From an uncultured delta proteobacterium (GTDB lineage Bacteria > Desulfobacterota > Desulfobacteria > Desulfobacterales > Desulfatirhabdiaceae): 64,000 nt of DNA. The DNA is taken from NCBI GenBank assembly GCA_963789395.1, contig CAWBKP010000024.1, positions 288,001 to 352,000 of the forward strand, read 5' to 3'. The translations under genes were made by a program, and so were the position numbers. Positions 20,879 through 31,845 of the stretch are shown one piece after another; the first letter of the stretch is position 1; every line of letters starts with the position of its first letter. Below the pieces are notes generated by a model that had not been told where the DNA came from, did not search any database, and saw only the letters and a list, made by a program, of their open reading frames with translations.

Positions 20879-21880
20879 ATGCACGTGCCTTCTCAGTCCA
20901 TTGTTGTAATCGCAGAGATTTCCGAAGGTCAGGTCCGTCCGATCACTTATGACCTTGTGGCTTTTGCGTGCACCCTGAAAAACGAAATGTCGTCTGCCGA
21001 CATTCAAATCGTTGTGATCGGAGACGCAATAGACAGGATAAGCGAAATCATCACCGGCAAAACCGGACTGAGCGTTTTTGCCGTATGTGTTCCGGGGTTC
21101 AACTGCTATAACGCCGAGGTCTATAAAAACGTTCTGGCCGAAGTCCTGACGGAGTTGCGACCATCGCATGTATGCGCGGCGCACTCGGCTCAGGGTCTGG
21201 ACTTTGCGCCGGGACTTGCCGTTCGGCTCGGTGCGGCCTGCGTTACAGGTGTCGAAGCCATCGTGAAACTGGATCAGGGAATCTGTTTTCGCAGGGCGGT
21301 TTCAGGCGGCAAAATCATGGCGGATGTCCATGCGGATAGCAGGATGGTCGTGCTTTGTGTCCAGTTCGGCAGTTTTACTGCCGATTCAAAGGATGCTGCA
21401 GCCCCCGGAACGGTTACGAAGCGGACGATGGAAAGTGCTTCCCGGAAAAGTTTTTCCTGCGGGGTCATCCGAAAAAGTATGGATGTTTCCGCCGTTACCG
21501 AAGCAGATGTGATCGTTGCGGCCGGTCGGGGAATCGGCAACAAAGACAATCTGGATCTGATTTATCGTCTGGCCTCACTGTTTCCCAGATCTGCAGTCGC
21601 CGGGTCCCGGATTGTCTGCGACAGCGGCTGGCTGGATTACGCGCAGCAGATCGGCGTGACCGGCTCAACCGTCTCCCCGAAACTCTATATCGCCTGCGGC
21701 ATATCCGGGGCCATCCAGCACGTTTCCGGCATGCGGGGCTCCGGCTTTATCGTTGCCATCAATACGGATCCCAAAGCGGCGATTTTCAACGTATCCGACG
21801 TGTGCATCGTCGAGGATCTTTCCAGCTTTATTCCCATTCTCATCGAAACCCATGTAAATGATAAATTGAGAAATTATTGA
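20879..21880 (+). CDS. etfA: Electron transfer flavoprotein alpha subunit
   Basis: AAGRGIG, QIGVTG.TV.PKLYIACGISGAIQH, AINTD..AAIF. Confidence 0.93.
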   Translation: MHVPSQSIVVIAEISEGQVRPITYDLVAFACTLKNEMSSADIQIVVIGDAIDRISEIITGKTGLSVFAVCVPGFNCYNAEVYKNVLAEVLTELRPSHVCAAHSAQGLDFAPGLAVRLGAACVTGVEAIVKLDQGICFRRAVSGGKIMADVHADSRMVVLCVQFGSFTADSKDAAAPGTVTKRTMESASRKSFSCGVIRKSMDVSAVTEADVIVAAGRGIGNKDNLDLIYRLASLFPRSAVAGSRIVCDSGWLDYAQQIGVTGSTVSPKLYIACGISGAIQHVSGMRGSGFIVAINTDPKAAIFNVSDVCIVEDLSSFIPILIETHVNDKLRNY

Positions 21881-22016
21881 CACGTACCTGTCTTTTTGCA
21901 ATATCTGAATCATCAGTGAAAGTATTTTCTCTTAAGCACAACGGTTCCTCTTTTTTATGTGTTCTAAAACCGGCGTGCTTGACGCCAGCAAATCTGTTTT
22001 AGATCGGTGCAATACC

Positions 22017-25000
22017 ATGATATGTCCGGAATGTCAGACTGTGCTTCCTGTAGACTCCCGGTTCTGTAAAGAATGCGGCCGAAAACTCGATCTGACCTGT
22101 TCCGAATGTTCAAAAAGCGAACTGTCGGACAGTAAATTCCGTCGTGACATAGGGCAGGATTTTTTCAACACTGAAGACTCCTTTGAACTCGATTCCCGAC
22201 AACTGCAGTTCTATACTTCGAACCACCTGGCCGACTGAATCCTGTCCACGCATAGCGGCATCGAAGGGGAACGTAAATTCGTCACCGTCATGTTTGCGGA
22301 TGTGGCCGGATTTTATTCCATATCAGAGAAGCTTGATCCGGTAGATGTTCACGAGATCATGGACAGCTGCTTTAGAATCCTTTTAAATCAGATTCATCAT
22401 TTTGAAGGAACAGCCAACGAATTTCTTGGAGATGGGATGATGGCACTTTTCGGCGCGCCTGTCGCACATGAAAATCATGCACAGAAGGCCTGCTTCGCAG
22501 CGCTGGCCATTCAGAATGCCCTGATGCCTTACAGCCGGAAACTGAAAGACATTTACGGCGTTGATTTGAAAATGCGGATCGGACTGAACTCCGGATTTGT
22601 GGTGGTCGGAGCCATCGGTGATAATATGCGAATGGATTATACGGCGCATGGAGATACCGCCAACCTGGCGGCCCGAATGGAGAGTATGGCTCAGCCTGGA
22701 ACCATACTGGTGGGTGAATCGACTTATAGACTGGCCGGGAACGCATTCGAATTCGAGTCTCTTGGCCTGATGCCGGTCAAGGGCAAAGAGAAACCTGCGG
22801 CGGTTTATCGGCTGATGGACAAGGCGATCACGGACAGAGCCCGGTTTGATCGGGAAATCTTTTCGCCGATGGTGGGCCGTGAATTGGAGCTTTTGCGACT
22901 TGAAGAACTGATCATCAAAGCGATCGATGGCGAAGGCTCTGTGGTGAACGTGGTCGGCGAGGCCGGTATCGGAAAATCGAGGCTTCTGGCTGAACTGAAA
23001 AATCGCGATGTGATGAAACGGGTCAAGCTCATAGAAGGCCGGGCCATTTCTATGGGCAGAAATTTGAGTTTTTATCCGATTATCGATTTGTTGAAGAACT
23101 GGGCTCGAATCCGGGAGGATGACAGTGAAAAAACAGCAATGAGCAAGCTTCAGGAAGCAATTCGGCGGGTGTCTGCGGATGAGGTCGATGAGATATTCCC
23201 TTTCGTGGGGACGCTGATGGGCATGAAACTTTCCGGAGAACAAGCAGCGCGGATAAAGGGGATCGAGGGGGAATCCCTGGAAATACTGATCTTCAAGAAC
23301 ATCCGGGAGCTTTTAATTCGCTCCACGGAGATAATTCCCGTGGTGATCGTCATCGATGATCTTCACTGGGCGGACACCAGCTCCCTGGTTCTGATCGATG
23401 TGCTCTATCGTCTGGCGGGCACCCGGAAGGTAGTTTTTATCAATGTATTTCGTCCCGGATATTGGGATAGAGAAGAGAAAACGCCAGCCAACCTGAGGGA
23501 ACGGGAGACAGCCCTGCTTCTGTCAGAAATAGCCATTAAACCGCTTGATTTTCAAAACAGCATAACCATGATTAACAACATGCTCGATATCAAGGGACTG
23601 CATCATGGGATGAAAACCCGGATCATTGAAAGGGCGGAAGGCAATCCATTTTTTATCGAGGAGGTGGTGCGCGCACTCATCGATGAAGGCGCTGTTGTTG
23701 TTACAAATGGCGGGTTCGAGGTAACCGATAAAATCCATGATGTGGTGATTCCGACGACGATCAACGATGTCCTGATGGCCAGGATCGACCGACTCGATGA
23801 GGAATGTCGCAATATCGTGAAGGTGGCCTCCGTGATCGGTCGCAGTTTTTTTTACCGAATTCTGGCGGATGTAATCAGCCAGGTGGAGGGCCTTGACGAC
23901 AAGCTGGATTATTTAAAGCAGGTTCAGCTTATCCGTCAACGGACGCGGATGAAAGAACTGGAATACTTTTTTAAGCACGCCCTGACTCAAGAAGCGGCAT
24001 ACGAATCCACTCTCCTGAAGCACCGGAAGCAGCTTCACGTGAAGGTTGCGGAATCCATCCAAAGAATATTTTCAGAAAGACTCCATGAGTTCTATGGCCT
24101 TCTTGCCTATCACTACAGCCTGGCAGAGGACCTGGAAAAAACGGAAGAATGGATGACCAAAGCAGGCGAAGAAGCGCTCCGTTCCTCCGCGTCTTCTGAG
24201 GCATTGCACTATTACCAGGAGGCGTTGCGGCTCTATCTGGCAAAATCCGTAAAAGCTGCTGATTCGGAAAAGCTGGCTGATTTTCAAAAGAACATTGCCA
24301 TCGCTTATTATAATCGAGTCGAACATGACAAAGCTCTTTCATACTTTGATAAGGTCTTCCAATGTTGGGAAAAACGTTCTTCGAATAGTAAGTTGAGCAT
24401 TTTAAGTAAGTTGGCCAATATCTGCTCTGTGATCTGGTTCAGGCAAAATTTCCCGGATTGGGGAAAAAAGAGAATACCTGATCAGCGGGTTAATATGTTT
24501 TTTGATTTGGTTCAAAAAAAAGCAAGAAGTTTAATGTACATAAACCCGATGAGAATGTTTATGGAGTCAATCGGTGAATGCCGGGAGAGTTTGAATTACG
24601 ATTTGAACAAATTAGACAATGCTGCCGGGGTGCATTTGTCGACGGGTGGCGTATTGTGTGTTGTCGGGTTTTTGAGAATCGGTGAACTGGTCTTGGCCAA
24701 CGCTGTAAAACTGGTTAATAAACTAAAAGCCAAAGATTTTGTCATGTACAATAATGTGCTCACCGTCAGCAATTATATCATTGGAAAATGGTCGCTAATT
24801 CCGGCATACGAGGATTCGGTTTCCACCCTTGCCTTGAAAAACGGATTTTTTGGGATATCCAGACCTATTACCTATTTCAAGGACTCATGAAAACCCATCA
24901 GGGAATGTTTGATGAAGCCGAAGATCGTTGTAAGAATATCATGGCCGTGTCGGACGATCTGGGATATCGGCGCCATGGGGTGCTGTCCATAGAGTTAATG

Positions 25001-26334
25001 GTAATCAGCCGCAGGTTGACTCAGGTACAATGCGAGGTCTCTCAGGCCATAGCCGTGGCAGAAGAGATGGGATCATATCCATTTACGTTGATGGGTTACG
25101 GGTGGAAAGCAACAAGTGAAGTCCTGATGAAAAATATGTCAGCGGCAAAAGATTCCCTGACCTGCGCAGATGCCATTCTTCAAAAACGTGATTTTTGGCC
25201 TCCCTGGAACCTGGCTAGTGTCTTGGTCGCCCGATTCATGTTCGATATTAATCAATTGGAAGATGCGATTCACGGTAACGTCCGATCGGCTATTTTTAAA
25301 GCCAAAACAGCGGCATTCACAAGCGGAAAACGGGCGGTTAAAAATGCTGCCAAATATGCTTCCCATCGCACCTGGAACTATCGCCTGATGGGAGAGTACT
25401 ACTGGCTGATCGGAAAACAGAGAAAATCTGTCAAATGGTTAGAAAAGTCCATCCGGGAAGGCGAACGTCTCGGAGCCCGTCCCGAATTGGCCCGGACATA
25501 CATGACTGTGGGTAGACGTATGCAGGAGCCTCAGAGTAAAATCAAGGAACGGCTCGACATGGCTGGAGAAAGGTAACGCCGGATACCCGACATCCCAAGT
25601 CCGATGCGGCATCACAAGAGGAGTTTAAAAAAAACTCCCTGATATTATCGCAGAAAAGATAGCTCTATCCGACAAGCCGTTCTTATTGCTTTTCCAGGAT
25701 GAGGCTCGGTTTGGTCGTATGAGTGATCCAGCACGTTGTTGGGCTCCTGCGCCTATTCGGCCGACAGTCGGATTGGCATTGATTCGCGAGTTTCGATATT
25801 TTTATGCAGCGATTGGACCGCAAAACGGGACTCTGCATTGGATGGTAACAGAGAAGATGAACACAGAGAATATGGCTCTATTTCTATCGCAGATCGGAAA
25901 AGCCCATCCAGATAGGCATGTGGTTATGGTGCTTGACGGGGCGAGCTCTCATCGGGCGAAAGCGCTGGAGATTCCGGACAATATCTCGTTGATTCGTCTG
26001 CAACCTTACTCGCCAGAACTCAATCCAACAGAAATTCTCTGGCATGAGTTGCGAGAAAAAAAATGTGCCAATCGCGTTTTTAAATCCCTCGACGATGTGT
26101 GCAATGAGGTTGAGAATGGACTGAGAAAATTCGCTTCTACACCAGCGGAGGTATCTCGGTTGAGCGGTTGGCCGTGGGTTATCAATAGTATTGTTTTGAA
26201 TGCAACTTAGAATTAACGGCATCAGTGCACCGGAGTATCTCAACAATGCTGAAACTCTTTTCCGGGAGATGGACCTGCAATGGGACCTGGGGCAACTGGA
26301 GCAAGTGCGGTCACAGGAACTCACTTCATTTTAA
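22017..26334 (+). pseudogene. Zinc-ribbon/class III adenylate-guanylate cyclase/AAA ATPase/TPR protein, disrupted
   Basis: CPEC..CKECG, FADVAG, GDG, RIGLNSG, GDTANLAAR, GEAGIGKSR, DDLHWAD, GNPFFIEE. Lesions: in-frame TGA at 22236-22238, frameshift near 24845, IS630 remnant at 25551-26213. The tail NGISAPEYLNNAETLFREMDLQWDL resumes after the IS. Confidence 0.85.
25551..26213 (+). mobile_element. IS630-family element, left part deleted
   Basis: End of winged-helix ORF (ARHGWRKVTPDTRHPKSD..QEEFKK), slippery TTTAAAAAAAAC near 25624, DDE ORF 25686..26210 (FQDEARFG, LDGASSH, PYSPELNPTE), followed by TA at 26214. Confidence 0.9.
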
Positions 26335-26631
26335 TATTTTGTTGACTCATACGTAGCTTTTTGCAATATCTGAATTAGCAGCAAAGGCCTTTCTCACCCA
26401 CTCCATATTCCTTTTCTTTTTCGCGTTTTGAATGGGATGGCAACTTAACAGCGTTCCGACTTTTATTGAGCTGTGCGACCCACACCGTAGCTTTTCACAA
26501 CAATTCTGTCCATGATGCGGTCTTTATAGAATGCCCAGACAATTCATGGCTGTTTACGAAGTCATCAGTCTTGGTTGAAGCCAAGAATGCACAACGTCGT
26601 AATCAACTGCTTGAATGAAAGGAGCATAAGG

Positions 26632-27957
26632 ATGAAAAAAAATCCGAAAACATTTGACGCTATCATTGCTGGCAGTGGTCCGGGCGGCGCCAGCGTTGCC
26701 CGGGAACTGTCCCGTAAGGGGCAATCGGTTCTGATTCTCGAAAGGGGGGACAATCATCCGGTAAAGGGGACTATTACACAAATGGTGCCACAGGCGATGG
26801 TGCCGGGAAAGGGCATGCTGGTCACCCATGAGGGTCTGGGCATGGTGCGGGGAATTGCAACAGGAGGAAGTACTCAGTTTTATTGCGCCACGGCCTTTGA
26901 TCCCCCGTTTGACATGCTGAAGAAATATGGTGTTGATATTACCGGCGAGGTTGCGGAGATCCGTCAGGAAATCCCCAACGCCATTTTATCCGATGCATTG
27001 ATGAGCCCAGCAGGTTTCTGTTTCGAGCGCAGTGCGATGGAACTGGGGTATGACTGCCACCGTTTGAATAAAATGATCTTCCAGGACAAATGCCTTCCGG
27101 ATTGTCAGCGCTGCATTTACGGCTGTCCCGTAGGCGCCAAATGGAGTGCCCGCCACTTTGTGAACGAAGCACTGGATAACGGGGCTGCGATCCTCACTGG
27201 CGCACGCGTGGACAGAGTGATTATCGAGAACAGGAGCGCTGTCGGTGTGGAATATCATCATCAGCATGAACGGCAGCAGGCATTTGCATCCAGGGTGATT
27301 GTCGCCGCCGGTGGCATCGGCTCTCCTGTCATTCTACGGAAAAGCGGTCTGGCCGGCGCCGGCTTTGATTTTTTCTTTGATCCGCTCGTTTTTGTGATGG
27401 GGACAGTGAAGTCGGTCCACAGCGGGAGGGGCATCGCCATGTGCGCAGGCGTGCATTTTGTGGAAGAAGGTATCGTGATGACCGATTTCAACCTACCACG
27501 CCTGATGAAGTTGATGTTTGACATGGGTGTTTTTAAATTCAGTCAGGTTTTTTCCTATGCCAATGTGGTTCCGATCATGATCAAAGTTCGCGACAGCCTG
27601 GGCGGAAAAGTGATCAACGATCGGATGGTCTGGAAGGGTTTAGCCAAGTCTGACAAACAGAAAATCAATACGGGCGTATCCCATGCCAGGCGCATTCTTG
27701 ATCATGCAGGCGCCACGGATATCTATCGGAGCTGGTATCTGGCCGCCCATCCGGGCGGTACGGCGAAGATCGGCGAGATCGTGGATGCCGATCTGAAAAC
27801 CGAATTCGATAATCTCTATGTCTGCGACTGCTCGGTGGTGCCGGAAGAGTGGGGTCTGCCCCCAAGCATGACACTATTGGGGTTGGGTAAGCGGCTGGCC
27901 CGGCATCTGATGAAATCTGCCGATAATGCGACTGGTGGCCAATCATTCTCTTCTTAA
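26632..27957 (+). CDS. GMC-family FAD oxidoreductase
   Basis: GSGPGG FAD motif, GGST, C..C..CIYGCP..AK, AHPGGT, YVCDCS. Confidence 0.88.
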   Translation: MKKNPKTFDAIIAGSGPGGASVARELSRKGQSVLILERGDNHPVKGTITQMVPQAMVPGKGMLVTHEGLGMVRGIATGGSTQFYCATAFDPPFDMLKKYGVDITGEVAEIRQEIPNAILSDALMSPAGFCFERSAMELGYDCHRLNKMIFQDKCLPDCQRCIYGCPVGAKWSARHFVNEALDNGAAILTGARVDRVIIENRSAVGVEYHHQHERQQAFASRVIVAAGGIGSPVILRKSGLAGAGFDFFFDPLVFVMGTVKSVHSGRGIAMCAGVHFVEEGIVMTDFNLPRLMKLMFDMGVFKFSQVFSYANVVPIMIKVRDSLGGKVINDRMVWKGLAKSDKQKINTGVSHARRILDHAGATDIYRSWYLAAHPGGTAKIGEIVDADLKTEFDNLYVCDCSVVPEEWGLPPSMTLLGLGKRLARHLMKSADNATGGQSFSS

Positions 27958-28020
27958 TGCTTTACACACAAAAAAGTCTATGCCTGCAATGGGAGAATCA
28001 ACGAATTCCATAAATCCAAG

Positions 28021-28143
28021 GGACTCAGCGGCATCATCGCTTCCGAATACCTCGACAATGCCGATGACCAGTTCCAGCAGACGACCCTGCAAAGGGGTCT
28101 GGTGCAACTGGAGCGGGTGCGGGCAGAGGAAGTTGTGATTTAA
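28021..28143 (+). pseudogene. Relic of a second cyclase-ATPase C-terminal tail
   Basis: GLSGIIASEYLDNADDQFQQTTLQRGLVQLERVRAEEVVI* aligns ungapped with the tail at 26214-26334 (about 18 of 35 identities by hand). Confidence 0.65.
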
Positions 28144-28276
28144 GTAAATGACATTGATATCCTTCTTGCATTTGATTCTTTCTAATATTATAGATTTGTA
28201 TAAATAGCCGGGCAGTCCAAAGATCTCCTGTTTTGCCGTACTTGATTCGAAGTTAATTTAATGTTACGGAAACACC

Positions 28277-31229
28277 ATGAATCGAAGAACCTTTCTTAAA
28301 ATTGCGGGCATCGGCAGTATCGCCGTTGCTGCCGCCGGATGCACACCGGATAAAAACCTCTTTACCCTGGTTCATGCACCGGATGACATGGTTGTGGGAA
28401 ACGCTACCTGGTATGCCTCCACCTGCAGGGAATGTCCCGCAGGATGCGGCGTGCTGGCCAAGAACCGCGAAGGACGTGTCATCAAGCTGGAAGGAAACCC
28501 CCATCACCCGATCAACCGTGGCGCGCTCTGCATGCGCGGTCAGGCAGCCCTGCAAGGCGTTTACAACCCCGATCGGCTTAAAACGCCTATGATTCAGAAA
28601 AACGGCGCCTGGCGATCCATCACCTTTAAAGAGGCTGAGGCGATGCTCGCGGAAAAAGCCTTGCATGCCGGCGGTCAGGGACCAAACCGGGTCCGGATTC
28701 TCAGTGAAATCGTCGGCGACAGTCTCCTGATGTTGTTTCAGGAGGTGTTGCTGAAGTGGGGATCAGAAGTGCCGCCGGTTCTCTTTGAACCCTATGCCTA
28801 TGAATCCCTGAAGGCGGCTTATGAAGCTGTTTTCGGTATTGCCGCTGTTCCGACGCTTCATATGGACCGGGCCGATCTGCTGATTGGATTTGGTGCGGAA
28901 TTTCTGGAAACCTGGGTGTCTCCGGTTGAATATGCACAGAAATTTAAAGCCATGCACGCGCTGCGGAACGGGGAAAAAGGGGCCTTCATTCAGGTCAGCC
29001 CCTTCCAGTCTCTGACGGCCGCCAATGCCGATCGCTGGATATCCTGTGTGCCCGGCGGCGAAGCGGTTGTGGTTTACGGTCTGATACGGGAACTGCTTGC
29101 CAGCGGCCATGGTCGGGGCCTGCCGAAGCCGGTACGGGACCGCTTGATCCTGGCCTGTGAACCGTTTACGATTGCAGAAGTCGTTCGTCTGTCGGACATT
29201 CGAGAAGCAGATTTCCAGATGCTGATCGCGTGTCTGCTGGATGCGAAAGCCCCAATAGTTCTTGGGTCAGGTATCGGTGCGGAAAGTGCGGGTTCTCTTC
29301 AAACCGATTTCGGGGTCGTTTTGTTGAATCTGCTTCTGGACCCTGAACTGGGACTTTTTGATTTTGAAAACCGTCACCGTATCGAGCGCGCGGCCAGGCG
29401 CTCCGAAGTCCTTGCGTTTCTGAACAACCTTGAAACAGAGCCTGAAGGATTGCTCCTGCTTCACAATACCAATCCGGTCTTTACGTTGCCACCTTCCAGT
29501 CGTGCTGCTGCAATCATCTCTCAAAAGAATTTGTTTGTGGTCAGCTTCACCAATTTCATGGATGAAACAGCAATGCTCTCGGATATGGTGTTTCCCGTCC
29601 AGCTTCCGCTGGAAACCTGGGATATCTATGAAGCCAAAACGGATGTGATCGGTGCCATGCAGCCGGCGATGGGCAGTCTGACACCGGCGCCGGGAATCGG
29701 GGACGTTCTGCTTCGCTGCGCATTTGGCGGCAAGCCGCCCGCTCCGGATTACAAAACTTATGTTGTGGGCCGTCTGAATGCACGGAAAATGATCACAAAC
29801 ATGCGGGATTGGGTCACTGTCGTTCAGAACGGTGGCGTCTTCAAGACGCCGCCTGTTTCACCGCTTTCCGGGTCTGACTTCCGATGCCCTGTCTCTTGAG
29901 CTGCTTTCCCGCCATATTCAGCCACCTGCCGGGCTTCCGAAAGACGAATTGATTTTTATCGCTGTCCCATCTTCCCGTTTTTTTGACGGCAGGGGCGCCA
30001 ACAAATCCTGGCTCTGCGAAGCGCCCGATCCCCTGACGCTGGTGTGCTGGCAGTCCGTTGTTCAGGCCAATCCGGAAACCATGGCTGCCAAAGGCTGGAA
30101 GCAGGGTGATGTGATTGAACTCCGGTCGGAGTTTGGCGCTTTGAAAGCGCCTGTCTTTGAATGGCCAGGCCTTCATCCGGATGTGCTGGTCATGGCGATC
30201 GGACAAGGACATACGGCTTTTGGCGGAAATGCCCGGAATCAGGGTCAGAATCCTCTGGCGCTGCTTGGTGTGGAAGTCCATCCTACAAGCGGAGGACCTT
30301 CTTTCAGGGTTGGCGTTTCTGCTGCCGGAATGGCCGGGCAGAAGCAGGCGCTGGCGCACCTGGACGGCAGCCGTGTTCAGCACGGCAGAAAGATTGCACT
30401 TGCTACTGAGATCAAAACCCTTCACGCCCCACCGGATCATGCAGGGGAAGGGCTCGGGATGTGGGAATTCCCGCTGACCCTGCCGCTGCCGGAAGGTTAT
30501 GATCCCAATAGGGATATTTACCCTCCGCACACGCATGTGGATTACCGCTGGGGTATGGTCGTGGACCTGGATCGCTGTATCGGTTGCGGGGCCTGTACCA
30601 TTGCCTGCTACGCGGAGAACAACATCGGCATGGTGGGTGAAACCCAGATTCTTGCCGGCCGAGAAATGGCGTGGCTGCGGATCGAGCGATACCTGGATCC
30701 ACAGGATGAACAGAAAATCATATTCCTGCCCATGATGTGCCAGCACTGTGACAATGCCCCCTGCGAAGCGGTCTGCCCGGTATATGCTCCCCATCACAGC
30801 AAGGAAGGCTTGAACAACCAGATATACAACCGCTGTATCGGAACGCGCTTCTGTGGCCAGAATTGCCCTTACAAGGTCCGGCGATTCAACTGGCTGGACT
30901 GGAAATGGCCGGAGCCGCTCCCGCTTCAGCTTAATCCGGATGTGACGGTGCGCAGCAAGGGTGTGATGGAAAAATGCTCATTCTGCATCCAGCGGATCAA
31001 GGACGGCCATGATGCCGCCAAAAATGAAAAGCGGATGATCCGTGACGGCGAGGTGGTTCCCGCCTGCGTGCAGACATGCCCCACCAAGGCACTTGCTTTC
31101 GGCAATTTCATGGATACGAAAAGCCGGGTGCGGGCACTGGTTGATGATCGCCGTGCTTATCAGGTCTTGGGATATCTGAACACAAAGCCGGCGGTGATCT
31201 ATCTGAAGAAAGTGCTGCAAAATATCTGA
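28277..31229 (+). CDS. Tat-exported molybdopterin-oxidoreductase-fold plus 4Fe-4S dicluster fusion (ActB/QrcBC-like; frameshift near 29860)
   Basis: MNRRTFLK twin-arginine; CRECPAGC...LC; C-terminal DLDRCIGCGAC..ACYAENN, MCQHC..APCE.VCP, RCIGTRFCGQNCPY, EKCSFC..R, PACVQTCP. Confidence 0.88.
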
Positions 31230-31382
31230 TCGTCATTATCCTAACCCCTACAGCTTGCGATCCGGGGTTGTCACACGGGGAAACATCATTAAGATTTCTC
31301 CCGATAAATGCGGCGAAGGGTCATTTATTCATTTTTCCAATACTCGGTGATGTTTTTGATTCCATTCTCGAATGATATTTCC

Positions 31383-31411
31383 TTGACCCCTTTTATGATA
31401 TTCATTACAGT
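31383..31411 (+). promoter_or_regulatory. Candidate sigma70 promoter for the selenopeptide gene
   Basis: TTGACC-17 nt-TACAGT, about 40 nt upstream of the start. Confidence 0.4.
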
Positions 31412-31453
31412 AAGAAACAGGCAAAGGATGGCTTGATTCTTATGGAGGACAAC

Positions 31454-31690
31454 ATGGACAAGGATCACTTGAAACAGCTCCTTGCAGGGCTCTGTATTTC
31501 CAGCCTTGTTTCGGGCGCGGCCCTCTTGTCGGGCTGTGAAAAGAATGCATCGAGTAGCTGATCCGGACCCAAAACGGGTGCAGGTAGCACCCAGAGCGGT
31601 TGATCCGGATCAATGAAGGGTGCAGGTAGCACCCAGCCCACGCCAGCACCTCAGCCGGGCAGTGGCTGAAGCGGCGCAAAAAAGCAGTAA
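31454..31690 (+). CDS. sbtA: Selenocysteine-containing RiPP precursor (SbtA/selenobiotic family), 78 aa with 3 Sec
   Basis: GGAGG RBS; MDKDHLKQLLAGLCISSLVSGAALLSGCEKNASSSUSGPKTGAGSTQSGUSGSMKGAGSTQPTPAPQPGSGUSGAKKQ*; TGA at 31559, 31601 and 31667; directly upstream of the radical SAM maturase. Confidence 0.88.
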
Positions 31691-31710
31691 AATAGTGCAG
31701 GTTGCACTAT
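31576..31710 (+). promoter_or_regulatory. Three SECIS-like hairpins, one after each in-frame TGA
   Basis: GGGTGC-AGGTA-GCACCC at 31576-31592 and 31618-31634 (each 14 nt after TGA); ATAGTGC-AGGTT-GCACTAT at 31692-31710 (22 nt after the third TGA). Confidence 0.8.
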
Positions 31711-31845
31711 CCGAAAAACCGATGATCCATCGGAAGCTCTTCCGGTTTCCGGATATCGGCATCCCATTTTTGAAAACGCTTTTTTGCGTTCATATCAAGA
31801 ATAACCTTACAACCGCCATCCTTTGCCTGACTTGAAAAACGCTTT

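Noticed and set aside
22236..22238. In-frame TGA between the zinc-ribbon and cyclase ORFs as a possible selenocysteine
   Set aside because: Context HLAD*IL is not a Cys-type motif, no GTGC-AGGT-GCAC-like hairpin follows, and the gene has other lesions; better read as a nonsense mutation
31325..31405. Short minus-strand ORF MNIIKGVKEISFENGIKNITEYWKNE
   Set aside because: No clear RBS and it overlaps the candidate sbtA promoter; cannot be told from chance
31559..31637. 42-nt-period repeat as a mini CRISPR array
   Set aside because: Only two copies, in frame within a coding sequence, no cas genes; explained by UGA+SECIS cassettes
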